Assembly (NCBI RefSeq): GCF_006345805.1
Contig: NC_042999.1
Location: 18,414,001-18,478,000, forward strand
Direction of reading: 5' to 3'
Length of the DNA: 64,000 nucleotides
DNA from: Octopus sinensis
Lineage: Eukaryota
Shown here: in pieces, positions 27,608 through 42,668 of the stretch
Layout: each line of letters opens with the position of its first letter
Position numbering within the stretch: position 1 is the stretch's first letter
The notes under the pieces: generated by a model
Seen by the model: only the letters and a program-made list of their open reading frames with translations
Databases searched by the model: none
What the model was told of the DNA's origin: nothing
Made by a program: the position numbers and the translations under genes

Positions 27608-27668
<61 letters not shown>

Positions 27669-27678
27669 CATACACATG

Positions 27679-27800
<122 letters not shown>

Positions 27801-27810
27801 CATACACATG

Positions 27811-27848
<38 letters not shown>

Positions 27849-28010
27849 GTTGGTTGAAATTTATAGAAAACTAAAAGACGAAGACAGTTATATGAACAAC
27901 AAGCTTGAGTATTAGTTTGATACTCGGGTAACATAAAAAAAGTCTTTTACATTGCGAGCCTACGCTCTTCAACAGAAAGGTATAAGAGAGAATAAACATA
28001 GAAAGAGAGA
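27849..28010 (-). mobile_element. Short pLTR-like element with degenerate HHR (CUGUUGA core)
   Basis: Reverse complement ccttt CTGTTGA A GAGC gtag GCTC GcAAtGTA aaaga; related copy at 53482-53630; abuts (TA)n. Confidence 0.6.
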
Positions 28011-28055
28011 GTGAAAAAAGCTTAGCGTTTTCATTGGTCCAGCAGCTGATAAACA

Positions 28056-28099
<44 letters not shown>

Positions 28100-30282
28100 G
28101 GCACAACATTTAAATAAGTCTATTGACATTTAGCTCGAAGTATCGGGCAGTGAAAAAATCAACAGAGTGCGATGTATTGAGCTTAATCTTGGATTTATAT
28201 AAATCCTATTAAGTTAATATCTTCAAAAATGTGGATTTGATTGGAATATTACTTGGGTTTTAGCGTCGATTGTTGATGGCTCATGTTTTTGAAAATGTTT
28301 CCATCATAAACATATATTAAAATATATACGTACACATATACATATGTACACAAAATATATATATTTTACACAATATATATAAAAATATAGATATGTACAA
28401 AAAAGAAACATGTACACATATATGCATATGTATATATATGTATGTATCCGGTAATAAACTGTTATTGACACGTGGGGACAAAACCAACGACAGCCGCAGC
28501 TAAGTTTGAACTCAGAATGTAAAAGGTCAGGAGAAATACCACAGTGGCTTTTTTAGCGAACGCCACTTGCCAGCTTGTCAATAAATACCTGTGTAATTAG
28601 AAAAATCATTTACTAATCAGGGAATAAAATTTAGCACTTAGATGCCTCTGTTTCATTCTCTCTTTCCATTCTTTCCGATACAAGAATCCGATAAATCATG
28701 AAAACGATCCATGCTATAAATTCTGATAACGTGAGAGATATAATACAGAATATGTTTAATTTATGTGTAAAATATTCAGTTGTATTTTTTTTTATATCTT
28801 AACTTAATTTCTGTGTTACATCGCATATTATTGAGCTGACATTAATAAATTATCTTCCACCCGTATACAACAATTTCTTCAATTAACTATCTCTTTAAAT
28901 ACCAAGCTTATCTGAGAATGTATGAGCACACTAATTTTATGGTCTATTCCTACACGCCGTTTCTATGGTTGAATATCTGAAGTATTTACACATCTATGGC
29001 TGACGTTGGTGTACAAATGTAAAGGTCTTCAATTTTCTGTTTAAGATTAAAACAATAATTTTTAATGTAACGATCTCATTTATTGTTTATCTTGAACTAG
29101 CTTCATTAACAAGGTTGCTTCGATATAATCGCTTGACTGACTAGAAATACAAGTTACATCATTCGATCCAGCGATGGCTCAGGAGAATCTTAAGCGTTTT
29201 GGATACAGTGTTTTGTGGTATTTGTTCGGATTTTCTTCAATGTGTGTTCAAAACCCACCGAGGTCAATTTTGCCTCTCCTCCCTGCTAGGTTGATAAAAT
29301 GTCCCATTGCTTGCCTGTGGATTACAAAAGTAGTAAGAATGTCGAAACTTGATGTTTTGTGATATTTATTTGGGTCTATGTGTTTTGATTTCAGATTCTT
29401 GGCCGCCATGTCTCACTAGGAAAGTAGCTTTCATTCATCACGAAGCTTAACACAACTATCTGTCAACAGGTATATCGCTAGTGGAGGTCACTGCTTTACG
29501 AGTATTTAGATATTAAAACATACAAACTCGCCCAAGGTTAATTTGTATTGACCAATGGACAATGCTTAAACAACTGACTAAAAGAGAATTAAAAATTCAA
29601 AAACCCGTCCTTCCTGTCTTAAAAATGAATTTTATAACGTAACTCATCGCTTACTGACATTGGAATGTAAGACAGGGTGATTGCCGAAGTCTTCAATATC
29701 TCTGATGATATGGTTGCTCGTTTTGGGCTGACCTGAAGTGAAACAAGAATATCAAGCATCAAGGATTGTGTCTGTAGTGAGGCCCTTGATATAATGCTAG
29801 AAAATATAGTAAATCAGCTTGAAAGCAAAAAGTAAACGGAAGGGTTGTTAATTCAGTTAGAGATGAACTGTTGCGAAAGAAATAAAGAAATGAGGAAACC
29901 CACTGTAAATATGTGCAGAACTGTACGATGAAACGTAGTGTAATTGTATCTTTAGGAAGGGTATTTTGAGTTAAATATGAAGTGATGTATTTGGAGAGTA
30001 ATCAAAACCTGTGATCACTGTTTCCTATCTCCAATTATAGATCTGTTGCTTTCAAATCCAATATCTCAAAAGTTATGGAAAATGTTGCCAGTGATATTCT
30101 TTATCCTTCTGAATTACACACATTCCTCAGTTACCAAATTTATGGATTCTGCATGGCTACAGTCACTGAAATACTTCTTTTCTATCACTTACGTGAAGGC
30201 ACTAAACAGTAGCAAAACATTCGGCGTTTCCTGCTGGCTAAAATTTCCTTTTTCGTATAATCAAATGGGTTGGGTTTGTTCT

Positions 30283-31402
30283 GCCTGTTCAAAGCAATGC
30301 AATTTGATGTCATAGCAGTGTGACAGGAGCTCATCCACTTTCTGCTATCTTCTTTTTTGCTTCTTAATGTACATCAACAACATAAATACCATCGCCTTCT
30401 ATAGCTCACACAATTTTGTATATACTGATGATCGTGACCCCTTCTTAAGAATCTGCGCACCAGTACCATTTGTATAGAAGCTGTCAAAATAAATAATCAC
30501 AATCGCATGTCAAAACATTAGCTAAATATGTCATATTAGTCTCATCTTGTTTAACGTTACGAGTTCAAAATCATTCTATATATAAGGAGAATAAATCTTG
30601 TTTCTGAGGGGTCTAGAACTTTGAACGTAGTTGCAAATACTCAAATCCAGTAGTACTGTTTAAACTTTTGGAAGACATTCCGCTAAGAACAGGACGAATC
30701 AAATGTTCAAATATTCAAACATTGGTTGTCAGTTTATAGTAAGAAAATAATTCAAATCTCAAAGATTTTGAGTCACAAAAAGCTCAAAATTAAATCATTT
30801 GTTGAGTATTTTCCCCACATCTAAGAGGTGCTGTTACAATACATGTTACATAATAGAAAAATTCCCCGAAAAAAGTAATTGCATGGTTGATTGTAAACCT
30901 GTCCCCTACAAAAGGGCTGTATTGGCAGTTTGTCTATTTTATCGCCGCGATACCTAATTTATCAGTCAGCAATACCCATATTTTTCACTTGTCTATTTTA
31001 CATTTGTTATCCATAGTTTGCCTCTATGTTATCAATAAATTTGTTGTTTAAGTAGAACAGCGTAAGTATCAATACCGATGATCTATGTATGAGTGTAAAC
31101 CATACGATTATGGCCCATCCCACCTAAACAAACCTGTATAGTATCATTACAATTTTCCGAATGTACTTGTTTACATTTCATGCAGATTTAACACAGTACT
31201 TAACTGGTAAATTTAATCAATTTAATATGAATTATCATAAGAAGGGATCACGATCGTCAGTATATACAAAATTGCGTGAGCTATAGAAGGCGATGGCATT
31301 CATGTTGTTGGTGTACATTAAGAAGCAAAAGCAAAAATGGCAGAAAGTGGATGAGCTCCTGTAACACTGCTATGATATCACATCGCATTGCTTTGAACAG
31401 AC
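30283..31402. repeat. ~165-bp inverted repeat pair (30283-30447 / 31237-31402)
   Basis: Reverse-complement match by eye; second arm bracketed by a duplicated 'acagtact..tttaatcaatttaatatgaattatcat'. Confidence 0.85.
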
Positions 31403-33097
31403 AGTACTAATAACTTTAATCAATTTAATATGAATTATCATCACCTATGAACACTGAATATATTTGTATAAAAGAATGGCTTTCATTCAACTTACTTGCA
31501 TAAAGATGAAAATCCGAGTGAATATATTCAAAAATTACATCACAACCTCAGAGTGCAAGAGACACACGAAGTTGCCAAATTTTAGGAACTAATTTTTACT
31601 AATCATACTTGCAAATTCGAACCTAAGAATTTAGCATGCAAGTAAACTACGAATAAACTGCACCAGGGAAACAGATAGAGGCAGCCAAATTGTTTTTCTT
31701 GGCTTACTTTTAAAGCCATCGTCCGGTCAGGATAACTCAGCCATGGATTTCAAGAGCAGTTATGATGATGCAATTCAAGAAATATTGACTTGAACATAGA
31801 TCTAATTGAACTATAAGCTTGTATACTTATATACAAAAATCCATATCTATTTATCTCTAAATGTATGTGTGTGTATGTGTGTGTATTTACATGTAGGCAA
31901 GTGTGCGTGTGAGTATTTGTGTGTGCGTTTCTGGGTGAATACGCAAAATTATATCCGCTTCACTGATTAAGGTAGTAAGCGTGACAGTAATGAAAATGTG
32001 TGGAGAATATATATGTTCATATGCGAATAATTAAAAAATAAAATCTGTCTCTGCCAGTCGTTCTGTTTAATATATATATATATATATATACCCACATGTA
32101 TATATTCACACATAGAGAAAACGATGGAGTTGGCATTAGGTTTTTATACGGACGTGGCTAAAGCTTAAGCGAAGTTCTTTCGGAGAAACAAGTCTCAATC
32201 TCTTAACAACACAACCTTACCAGCGCCTAAGCTCTATCTCTCTCAGCCTCTCTCTCATTCTCTCTCTCTCTCTCTCTCATCTCTCTTTCTCACTCTCTGT
32301 CGCTCTGCATATACATATACATATACATACACTATGTGTTTGTACAGATACATAGTGAGAGACGATTGCTATATTGTATATCTATTTGTAAAAATGCTTC
32401 TATATTTGGAAACGAAAACCTTAATCAACTCCCTCAAAACAAATTTTATCATCAATATTTACTGACTCTGGTTATAGATTCACACTCCTCATTAGAGAAA
32501 ACTTCCAGTCAGTTTATTGTTTCCAGGAGATTAATTTTCAAACAAATGTAACAGATATATATATATATATATATATATTCAGCCATATATATAAATTATA
32601 GTGAAACATAGATAGTCCCAGCTCTACTGCATAATATGAGGTGTGTGGATGAGCGTAAGGAGAACTTTATTTCATACGATTCCTTTATTATATCTGAATG
32701 ATTTGTTTTGGAAATTATTTATTGGAATTTTTTTTCAATAATCATGGTTAAACTTTATATTATATTTGTAATAAAGTATTCTATTTTAATAACCGTTGCT
32801 GGTGTTGGTGGCATTGCGAATGTTATATTGTTTCTAGAAGCAAATACACACATTCGCAAATATAAAATAATATGCACAAGTATATAGCCCTTTGTGTATG
32901 TGTGTGAGCTCCTCTGTGTATGTATGCGGCCTCTTTGTATATGCACTCAAACATAAGCCCTAAACATACACCAACACAAAGAAAACCCATATGCAGCCTG
33001 CGACCCACAGATAGATGCATACATAGATAGATGCATAGACACCAACACACACACGCATTTATATCTATGCTTATATGTAGCTATATAACTTTATATA

Positions 33098-33490
33098 TAG
33101 GCGTAGGAGTGGGTGTGTGATAAGTAGCTTACTTACGAACCATATGATTCCGGGTTCAGTCCCACTGCGTGGCACCCTGGGTAATTGTCTTCTACTATAG
33201 CCTTGGACGCCCAAAGCCTTGCGAGTGTATTTCGTAGACGGAGAGTAAAAGAAGCCCATCGTACGTATATACGCATATATGTATGTCTGTGTGCGTTTGT
33301 CCCCACAGCATCGCTTTGAAAACCGATGTTGGTGTGTTTACGTTCCAGTAGCTTAGCGGTTTTGTAAAAGATACCGATAGAATAAGTTACTAGGTTTACA
33401 AAGAATAAGTCCTAGTGTCGATTTGTTCGATTAAAGGCGCTGCTCCAGCATGGCCGCGGTCAAATGACTGAAATAAGTAAAATAATTAAA
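33098..33490 (+). mobile_element. SINE family E, full length
   Basis: Matches 1080-1520. Confidence 0.9.
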
Positions 33491-33573
33491 AAAATATGTT
33501 TCGAAGGCTGCAATATTTTTCATCCTATCTATCATCTTTTTCATTGATTCAATAATATATACCATTCGTAATC

Positions 33574-33982
33574 CGGCGAGCTGTCAGAACTGTTAGCATG
33601 CCGGGGGAAATGCTATAGTATTTCGTCTGCTGTTATGGTCTGTGTTCAAATTCCACCGAGGTCGACTTTGCCTTTCCTCATTTCGGGTTCGATAAATTAA
33701 CTACCAGTTACGCAGTGGGGTCGATGTAATCGACTTAATGTCCTTGTTTGTCTCCTCTATGTTTAGCCCCTTGTGGGTAATAAAGAAAGAAGAACCGTTA
33801 GCATGCCGGGCGAAATGTTAAGCAGTATTTCGTCTGCCGCTACGTCCTGAGTTCAAATTCCGCCGAAATCGACTTTCATCCTTTCGAGGTCGATAAATTA
33901 ATTACCAGTTGCGTACTGTTATCGACGTAATTGACATACACCTTCCCAAGAGTTACAGGCCTTGTGTCTATAGCAGAAAGGA
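33574..33982 (+). mobile_element. Two tandem SINE family F units with different tails
   Basis: agaac.gttagcatgccggg.gaaatg..ttcaaattcc.ccga..tcgacttt..tcgataaattaa.taccagtt repeated at ~33586 and ~33791. Confidence 0.8.
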
Positions 33983-36584
33983 ATATGTACCATTCATTTT
34001 GATAGTTTACCACTCCGTATAAATTCCACCGTTATCAATTTATTGACGTCTGTACTTTAACACAGAAGTAATTAAACTATGTTGTTTGCTTTAGTCAAGC
34101 TTCTTCGATTACTAAGATAACTACGCTCATCGCGTTTATCAAAACATACATGTTCGATTATGCTATATTTCTCTGCAAATTCTTACAGCATTTCAAAAAA
34201 TAGGAACCTTTAACATTGTATTACTTATATTGTGTTGAAAAAATAGAAAGATTTTATTAGTGGCTTTAACAGTGATATATTTTTGAAATCATGTTGCTTT
34301 CAGTGAAATTTTACAAAGAACGTTATTAAAAAAATATTGGCATGGATTATTTATCTTCTTTTTACAGCGTTTCCCGGCGTAGTTAAGTCTATAAATAATA
34401 GCTTGTGGGATACTAGGTCGAATCCACATGGATGGTGAAAAAAAGGAATGTCCCTGGGATAGCCATCAATCTTTTTTCCCCTTGAAAGAAATCTTCAGCT
34501 AATATTCTACACACGACTATTTAAAGTTTTGTTTACATTAGGCTCCACCTTAGAATAGATTGCTTCGGTTTTCTCAAAGTTTCGAAATACTTTTGAATTA
34601 ACTTCTTTTAAAATAGTTTAACAAAAAGTATTTATATTAAATATTTATTTGTAAAAACTCAGTACACGAATTCTACAATGCAAAATTTATTGAAATGATC
34701 TTTATACAAACTATGTTGCTATTCAATCCTCTACAATCATCTTTATGATGTGTCTTTCTGGCAATGCAGTTGAATTCTCTTTGATTTGCGAATATTCTCA
34801 GGTTTGTTGGGTCACCCATTCTGTTAATAAAACAACATACAACTGTATATGCGTTGCGCAAATCAGGGTCGGATTCAGAATTTTACAGGAGCCAGATATA
34901 AATCAGTTCACTTTGTCCGGGACTGTCGTTATATTATTTATATCTTCTCACAAAATATATTCCCGTATTTTAATCGTGGTAGTAATTTCTTCCACAAAGA
35001 TTTCTTGAATCTTCTCTTCATGCTCAAATTGATCTTATCTCAAGGCACGTTTCTATTTATAAAGCAAACAATGTAAACACGAAAAGCATGACGTCAGCCC
35101 TTTCACATGTAGATTGTAGTCACAATTAAACTTTTTAATGTCGTTTTACGATAAGTAGTACATAACGAAAGATAGAAATATGAAACTATGCTATATGACT
35201 TAGAAAAATCTATTTCTTTGTGTTAAAAAGCTTTGTCAGGTGAATTCATAATTTATCAAAAATGCAACAATGAAAAGCGTGAGGTCTCTAGGGAAATGAA
35301 AAGTGACAGTTGTTCTGCCAAAATATTTTTGAGAAGAAATGTTATTTCGAGCACATAAAATTATAAATACGGAATTAATAATAATAATACAAATAATCAT
35401 TAATAATAGAATAAGAAATTATAAAATTTCCTATAGATGTATAAATTTAAAGCATGAAAGAAATAATATATAAAATTCTTATCAATTGATATTGTATGCA
35501 TTTTATATTTTGTTTTCAAGCTGAGATTTCGTATGTACGTCTTCAAATATTGTAAATGGAAAAATGTATTGAAATGTTAAAATACATCTCTCCCATACAT
35601 TTACACCTTTTTAGCTTCTCTTTCATAATTATAGTTGTGTAAATTTGTTTCTATAGTGTGTGTATACGTATGCATAAATGTCTGTATAAATGTATGTAAA
35701 TGTACATATGTATGTGTGTGTGTATCGGATATAATTCTGTTCTTTATAGATCATATGTATGTGTAAGCGATAATTCTCACAGCTGAGAACTTAGCAACAC
35801 ATCGCAGCTCAGAAATATATCATCGTCAACAGTATGATTGACCTGGATACAACTCACTGGCCTGCTTGCTGGAAGTAGAATGCGTGGTGCCTGACATGTA
35901 AAACCCATAAAGAAAATAGATTAGGGTTAGTTCAGCAACTGTTGGCTATATTCTATGGAGTGGGGGCGCTCTGAATATGGCTCTTAGAGAATCACTGTTC
36001 AGTCATAGAAGCGCAAATAATAACGGACGACAAAAATATATCAGAGAAGGCATTGCTGAGAAATTTACTAGAGACAATGGTAATGGTGTTATCGAAGCAT
36101 TAGATGCGACAATGGCTTTCGTTTATGTTTTTAATGGCTTTCAAGAGAAAGAGCGAGAGCGAGAGAGATACATCTTTTCGTTCTCATCCTTTTGGAATAG
36201 ATAAAATGAGTACCAGATGTGCATTTGAGTCGAAGTAATTCACTTCCCCTCCATTCAAATTGATGTTTTACGCAGAAATTACAAGCAGAATGAGAAAGAG
36301 AATATTTAGAAGTGCAGCCGTTTTGCAATAACAGCTAGAATATTTTAGTGTAAAATATTTACAGAGAGCTTAGGTCAAACTCAAAATTTATATTCTGTAC
36401 CAATAGTTAATAGGAAATAGGTATAGCTACAGCTAACCGGGACAAGATATTGATATCTAGCCTCATACTGAAATAAGTACTTTATCATTGTGTATCTGTT
36501 TTTTTATTAACACATGCATGCATTCAATATAAATACATTCATAGATATAAATACATATATACACCCATATGTATACACACACAC

Positions 36585-36642
<58 letters not shown>

Positions 36643-36645
<3 letters not shown>

Positions 36646-36770
36646 AACTTGACCGACCAGTCCGCTGGGTGTCCATTTGACACCGCTGGTCACAGCACGC
36701 TGTCCACTCCTCTCCTCTCATCACCAGTACGAGTGCCGGTCGAGAAGGGAGTGAAACAAGGAGATACGAT
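36643..36770 (+). mobile_element. Small LINE (RTE-like) RT fragment embedded in (TA)n
   Basis: Translation PVRVPVEKGVKQGDTI resembles the RT domain 4 motif G(V/L)xQGD. Confidence 0.6.
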
Positions 36771-36777
36771 ATATATA

Positions 36778-36823
<46 letters not shown>

Positions 36824-36841
36824 ATATATATATATATATAT

Positions 36842-37005
36842 ACAAAGTTAATCCAAACAAGAAAGCACAAAAAACAACACAAAAACGCGAGAACGTGGAA
36901 CAAATATAGTATTATTGGACGCCCAGGAAAGAAGGAGGGTTCAACGTTTCGAGTGGAGCTCTTCGTCGGAAACATAAGAGAAGGAAAGATCCAGAGAAGG
37001 GAAAG
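36842..37005 (-). mobile_element. Solo pLTR terminus with minimal HHR (family of 24350-27612)
   Basis: Reverse complement GUUU CCGACGA A GAGC ucc ACUC GAAACGUU GAAC; lies between (TA)n and (GATA)n. Confidence 0.75.
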
Positions 37006-37102
<97 letters not shown>

Positions 37103-38349
37103 GAGTGGGAAGATGAGTGAGAGAATGAAAAGGAGAAACATAGGTACACATATAATCACAGAAACACGCTTATTCATGGACACAGAGGCATGTATTTAAT
37201 AAGTACGTGTGCGCATACATATATCGACAGGTATACACAGTGTGATAGAAAGGCTGAGGAATATTTCGATACATGATACATTCAATTCCACATGCACATA
37301 TGCATTCATAGACACACGTCTTAGTGCTGAGTTGTGTACATAGTGTGGAATTTCAAATACAATTACAATTTCCAGCTACATGCCTATTTACATTAGAGTT
37401 AATTAAATTTTTCCATCATATGAATGCTTAGCAGAAAAGATATGGTGAAAGCACGTATATGATATACGCTATAGCCCAGCAATAAACAGTAAGCTTATTA
37501 AATTCGTGTCTTAAAATTGCATACTATTATACAATAGACTGTTGTTAATTCAATTGTGATAACATTTATTATATTACGTTTTATTTAGAATTTGTTATAT
37601 TTTTTGTTTTATTCAGAAATTATCTTGAAATATGGTCTGTTGTTTATTGTTTTCTTGACGTTGAATGTTTTTGTTAAATAAATTTTTAAATAGGTTTAAT
37701 TCAGGAAGCATCCTGGATATAAAGCTAATTAGAAATACATGTGACGTAAATATAAATAGAATTTCCTATTTTGATGCTATTTAAAGCAATTAACTAAATG
37801 TATGTTTTGTAGTTAAAGTAGGCGAAACCTACATATACATAGAGATAGAGAAATGAATATAGTCAGATGAGAAGTGTATGCGTGAGAGATGAGGAAAGAG
37901 AAAAAAGAACGAGAGAATTGCCAACATACTTTAGCATATAAACACCTTATCCAATGGCCTCGCATGCATATATGTACATATAATTAAGTTCGTAATCTGC
38001 TTTTCTGTCAATTTTTAATTTCTCTTTCACAGCTTCAATATGTCGTATTTTCTGCAATGTAACTAACTGCCTCATTTACGGTATGTACCATTTTATTTGC
38101 GTTTCTATGTCAATGCATATTTCATTAGATTTATATGATATTCGGCATTTAAATATGAATTATGTATCTGAAACATTTATGTACGCACACACATACGCGC
38201 GCGCACGTACATACATACAAAAACACATATATTGAAACATATCACTATATCAAGCAATTTTGTGAATGTCTATATTTTCACCAGTAAACTCTACATGATA
38301 TATATATATATGTATATATAGGTATATATATATATATATATATATCATG

Positions 38350-38405
<56 letters not shown>

Positions 38406-38437
38406 TATATATATAATATATATATATATCATGAATT

Positions 38438-38692
38438 ATATTTACCACTTAAATGTGGCTAACCCCTAAGGGTGGACGCTACTGTAGCTTGTAGCCCCAG
38501 AATGGCTTCCCTTTGCAAATACTGATAGGGAACAGAAAGTGTGTCAATAGCCATCTGGAGGAGGTATCATCCTGGGGCTACAAGCTACAGTAGTATCCAC
38601 CTTTAAGGGTTAGCCACATTTAAGTGACAAATATACTTCACGATGTCGTGCATCTACTGTTTATACCTCGCTCAGAGATTTATTATTGTTTA
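38438..38692. mobile_element. Hairpin element: ~75-bp inverted arms, right arm ~55 nt longer, (TA)n on both sides
   Basis: cacttaaatgtggctaaccc..gtagccccag / ctggggctac..gggttagccacatttaagtg; spacer has CTGATAG..GAAA..GTC. Confidence 0.7.
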
Positions 38693-41358
38693 TATATATA
38701 TATATGTATGTATGTATGTAATAAAGCCGTAAAGGCGTCTCAGATGAAGCCTAGAGCCATGCCTGAAAGCACAACAGAGTTCTTCACTTACAAATCCTTT
38801 AATTTCTACTTAAGTTCATGTGAAACGTTCTAGATCAAATGTGAAGGAGTACTTCAAATTTAACTACAGAAGGACGTGAGACCATTGACATAGTAAGCGA
38901 TCGGAACCAATATGCTCTCCACAGCCGATCTGTGTTTAATCCACCATAACTTGAAATTCAGAGCAGTATTTCGGATCACCCAGTCACCGATTTCCAGATA
39001 TCTCTGAAGAAATGAGATGTGGAACGTAGCAGAATGGGAAGAGAGTGTACTTTACGGTATGTAGAAAGACAAAATGCAAAAAAAAAAAAATCAGTCTAAG
39101 GACATTGAATGTATCAAATGAAATATTCCAAACATTTACTCACACAATGCATGTATCTGGTTATAAGTGTGTATGTTGGTATGTCGGTATGATTTTGGCG
39201 TCTGTATTAGTCATCATATTTACCATTAGTATACTGATAGATTTTTAATGTTGATGACTGTCTATGGTCTTGTTAATGCTCCTCATTTCTCTCGATGAAG
39301 CAATTTGCAGCTTCCGAAGTTTGAGATGTCGTAGAGTTCATACAACCGATTTCTGTATATTTTGAGTGATATACCATGTTTTGATTATAAATCAAAATTC
39401 CTACTGCTCTATTACTAAGACATTGTCCGCTGCAGCTTTGAAGCCAAACATTTCAACTGCCAGTACTGTAGCGCTTTTCGTTTTTATCGCGTATACCTGT
39501 ATGGGAATACAGTAAATCACATCACATGTAAAACGAAACTAAACATTATTTGCAATGTTGAGACTTGTAGAAATTCATATAACTACAACTACACCGCTTA
39601 AATAATATTTAACATATTCTAATAAATTCTATAGTCGCTGTCTGTAAGACAAATATAAAATCATTTCTTTCGTTCTGGGGCAGCATTCAATAAATTTTAT
39701 TGGCGGATATATTATTAGAGTGGATCTTACTTGACAAATCCCGATCATAGCCGTAAATGTATATAAGTGCGAACAGCTACCACGGTGTTGCTCAACATTT
39801 TAGGAGTTTCTTCAATCACAAGCAGACATAGATATATTCTCGATCCTTACCCTTTTCTCCTTGAGGAATATCCAGGATGTGACATTTCGAGGCAGAGAGG
39901 GCTGCACTAGAAGTCAGCTTGCATTTATATGCTGTTCCATACACAAAAGCAATGTGAAATCGTATGATTTACTCATGAACACGCTGCGCCGCCTGATCCA
40001 AAATGTAAACACATGGCCTTATGATTTTGAATCGAAAATCCTTCAACAGTGAACCATATACGGCCGTAGCAGCCTGTCCTCAATTTAAACTATAAAGAAC
40101 AGCAACGATAAGTTTTTAGCACTAGATTAATGCAGATACAATCCTCTTACATGTTCTTATGTCATGCGATCATACGTTGTATTCATAATATAAATGGAAC
40201 TGCAATTTCTGGAGTCCAGCAGGTTCCTTCTTTAGCCCACGGTAAGCGTACCGCCTAAGAAATTAGATAAATAATTCTAATATTTATTTTCTTATATTTT
40301 TATTGACTGATATTTCCTTGTGAATGTTGAACTTGAATGGAATTGGGAGTTTAAAACACAAGTGTGATGAGAAGTAGGTGAACAGCATAAACGTGGTGTT
40401 AGAATGTGTCTTTCGTCGAGGGATTTAATAAGTAATAACTTAACCTTCATTTTTGACGGAGAGTCTTCTCTTCACCGTCATCGAAATGTAACTTATCGTA
40501 GTTATAATCAGCGCAAAAGTTACAACAATTCCTAATTGCATTCGAGTTGTAAGAATTTTGGTGTATCTTGTTTGGAAATAAAGTTGCAGAGTTCCAGGTG
40601 CATGACTGAATATTTAGGGTTTTAGACACAGGATCATTAGGTTTTGGATGAGATTGATCCGAAAATCTTTTAACATCAGGATAAACTCCATGTGCTCCAG
40701 CAACATGAGTTGCTAGATGTAAGGTGGATACTGCTCCACAAAGAATATATTTTTAATTATATAAACTGTGAGAACAGTGGTTAATAGAAATATGCTCTTT
40801 GCATAAAAGACCGAGTTTAATACGAATCATGAGACATTGGGTTATTTAAACAGAAGGAGCCGCTTATATCCAAATCAAATTATGAAAAGGTGAATAATAA
40901 CTATATATTTTCTACATCATAATGATTAAGAGTAAATAGCATGTAATAATCTTTGCTACGATATCAATTTAGAACAGGATACCCTTCAATCCATTGGGAT
41001 TTAAATATCATGATTTGTCCACGTTTGTTAAATATGGATTCTTATTAACGATTCATATATATTTCCTATTAACTCATATTCTGCTCTAGTGAGAAATTAA
41101 CCAAATATTTGCAGGGAGAGGTTAGGCATTTCTGCTGCAATTTGGATTTTCAAATATAGCATTCTTTTCCCATTACGATTATAGAAAAAAAATTACAGTT
41201 ATGCACGTATGTGCGACACCTCTGAGCGTATTTTGTTTATTTTGTGTATGCATATATATGTGTGCGCGTGTTATTGTGTGTGTGCGATTGTGTGTGAGTG
41301 TGTGCATGTGTATACATACGAAAATATATATATATATATAACTGTAATTGTGTGTATG

Positions 41359-41405
<47 letters not shown>

Positions 41406-41456
41406 AATATATTTATATATGTGTCTGTGTGATTAAACACATAAACGCTCATATAC

Positions 41457-41487
<31 letters not shown>

Positions 41488-41489
41488 AA

Positions 41490-41567
<78 letters not shown>

Positions 41568-41909
41568 AAAATTTATACACATACATACATACATGCATTG
41601 CATATATAGACACGCATTAATCATTAAATAGCAAATGCGAATTATTATCAGCGAGGTTTTTGAATTCACTCTCGCCCTCGACATATGTCTCTATTTGTTT
41701 AAGAAAATGATATACCTACAGACAGGCGCAAACATGTGCAGATTATTTACATACCGGAATACACATGGACACATATATCTCACCGGCACCATACTACCTA
41801 CCTACCTACCTACCAACTTACCTATCTATTTATTTATCTATCTACTTGCCTACTTATCTCACTGTCTGTATATTTGTTAGTTAATCTCTACATACATACA
41901 TACATACAT

Positions 41910-41943
<34 letters not shown>

Positions 41944-41957
41944 CAAAAATACATACA

Positions 41958-41988
<31 letters not shown>

Positions 41989-42048
41989 CATACATACATA
42001 CATACATACATACTACATACATACATACAACATACATACATACATACA

Positions 42049-42084
<36 letters not shown>

Positions 42085-42299
42085 TATATGTGTGTGTGTG
42101 TGTCTGTATTTATTATATATATATATATATATAATATATATATATATATAATATATATATATATAATATATATATATAAAGCAAATAAGTCACACGGATG
42201 TTACTTATATGCTTTTATTCACCTAACCTCGATCTCAGCGAATAGTACCGGACTGACTAGGTGCCTCAACTTCACTAATTATGTATGTATCTTAATTAT

Positions 42300-42668
42300 G
42301 GAAGCACTCCGTCGGTTACGACGACGAGGGTTCCTGTTGATCCGAATCAACGGAACAGCCTGCTCGTGAAATTAACGTGTAAGTGGCTGAGCACTCCACA
42401 GACACGTGTACCCTTAACGTAGTCCTCGGGGATATTCAGCGTGACACAGAGAGTGACAAGGCCGGTCCTTTGAAATACAGGTACAACAGAAACAGGAAGT
42501 AAGAGTGAGAGAAAGTTGTGGTGAAAGAGTACAGCAGGGATCACCACCATCCCCTGCCGGAGCCTCGTGGAGCTCAATAAACACTCACAACGCCCGGTCT
42601 GGGAATCGAAACCGCGATCCTATGACCGCGAGTCCGCTGCCCTAACCACTGGGCCATTGCGCCTCCAC
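42300..42668 (-). mobile_element. SINE family A with 11-bp TSD
   Basis: TSD atcttaattat at 42289-42299 and 42669-42679. Confidence 0.92.

Larger units (their letters stand above)
24350..27612 (+). mobile_element. 5'-truncated Penelope-like element (Neptune/Poseidon type): GIY-YIG relic, long CA-rich 3' region, HHR terminus
   Basis: CGMLYVGQTG.RLSDRFTE / PVAHHF...H..EQRYIFTLQT..PYGLN (frameshifted, 24350-24600); terminus matches 36842-37005; ends in (TA)n. Confidence 0.75.

Noticed and set aside
39850-40740. Possible minus-strand host exons (donor-like GTAAG near 39850; ~70-codon open stretch near 40530-40740)
   Set aside because: No recognisable protein similarity or consistent splice pair; would need RNA-seq.
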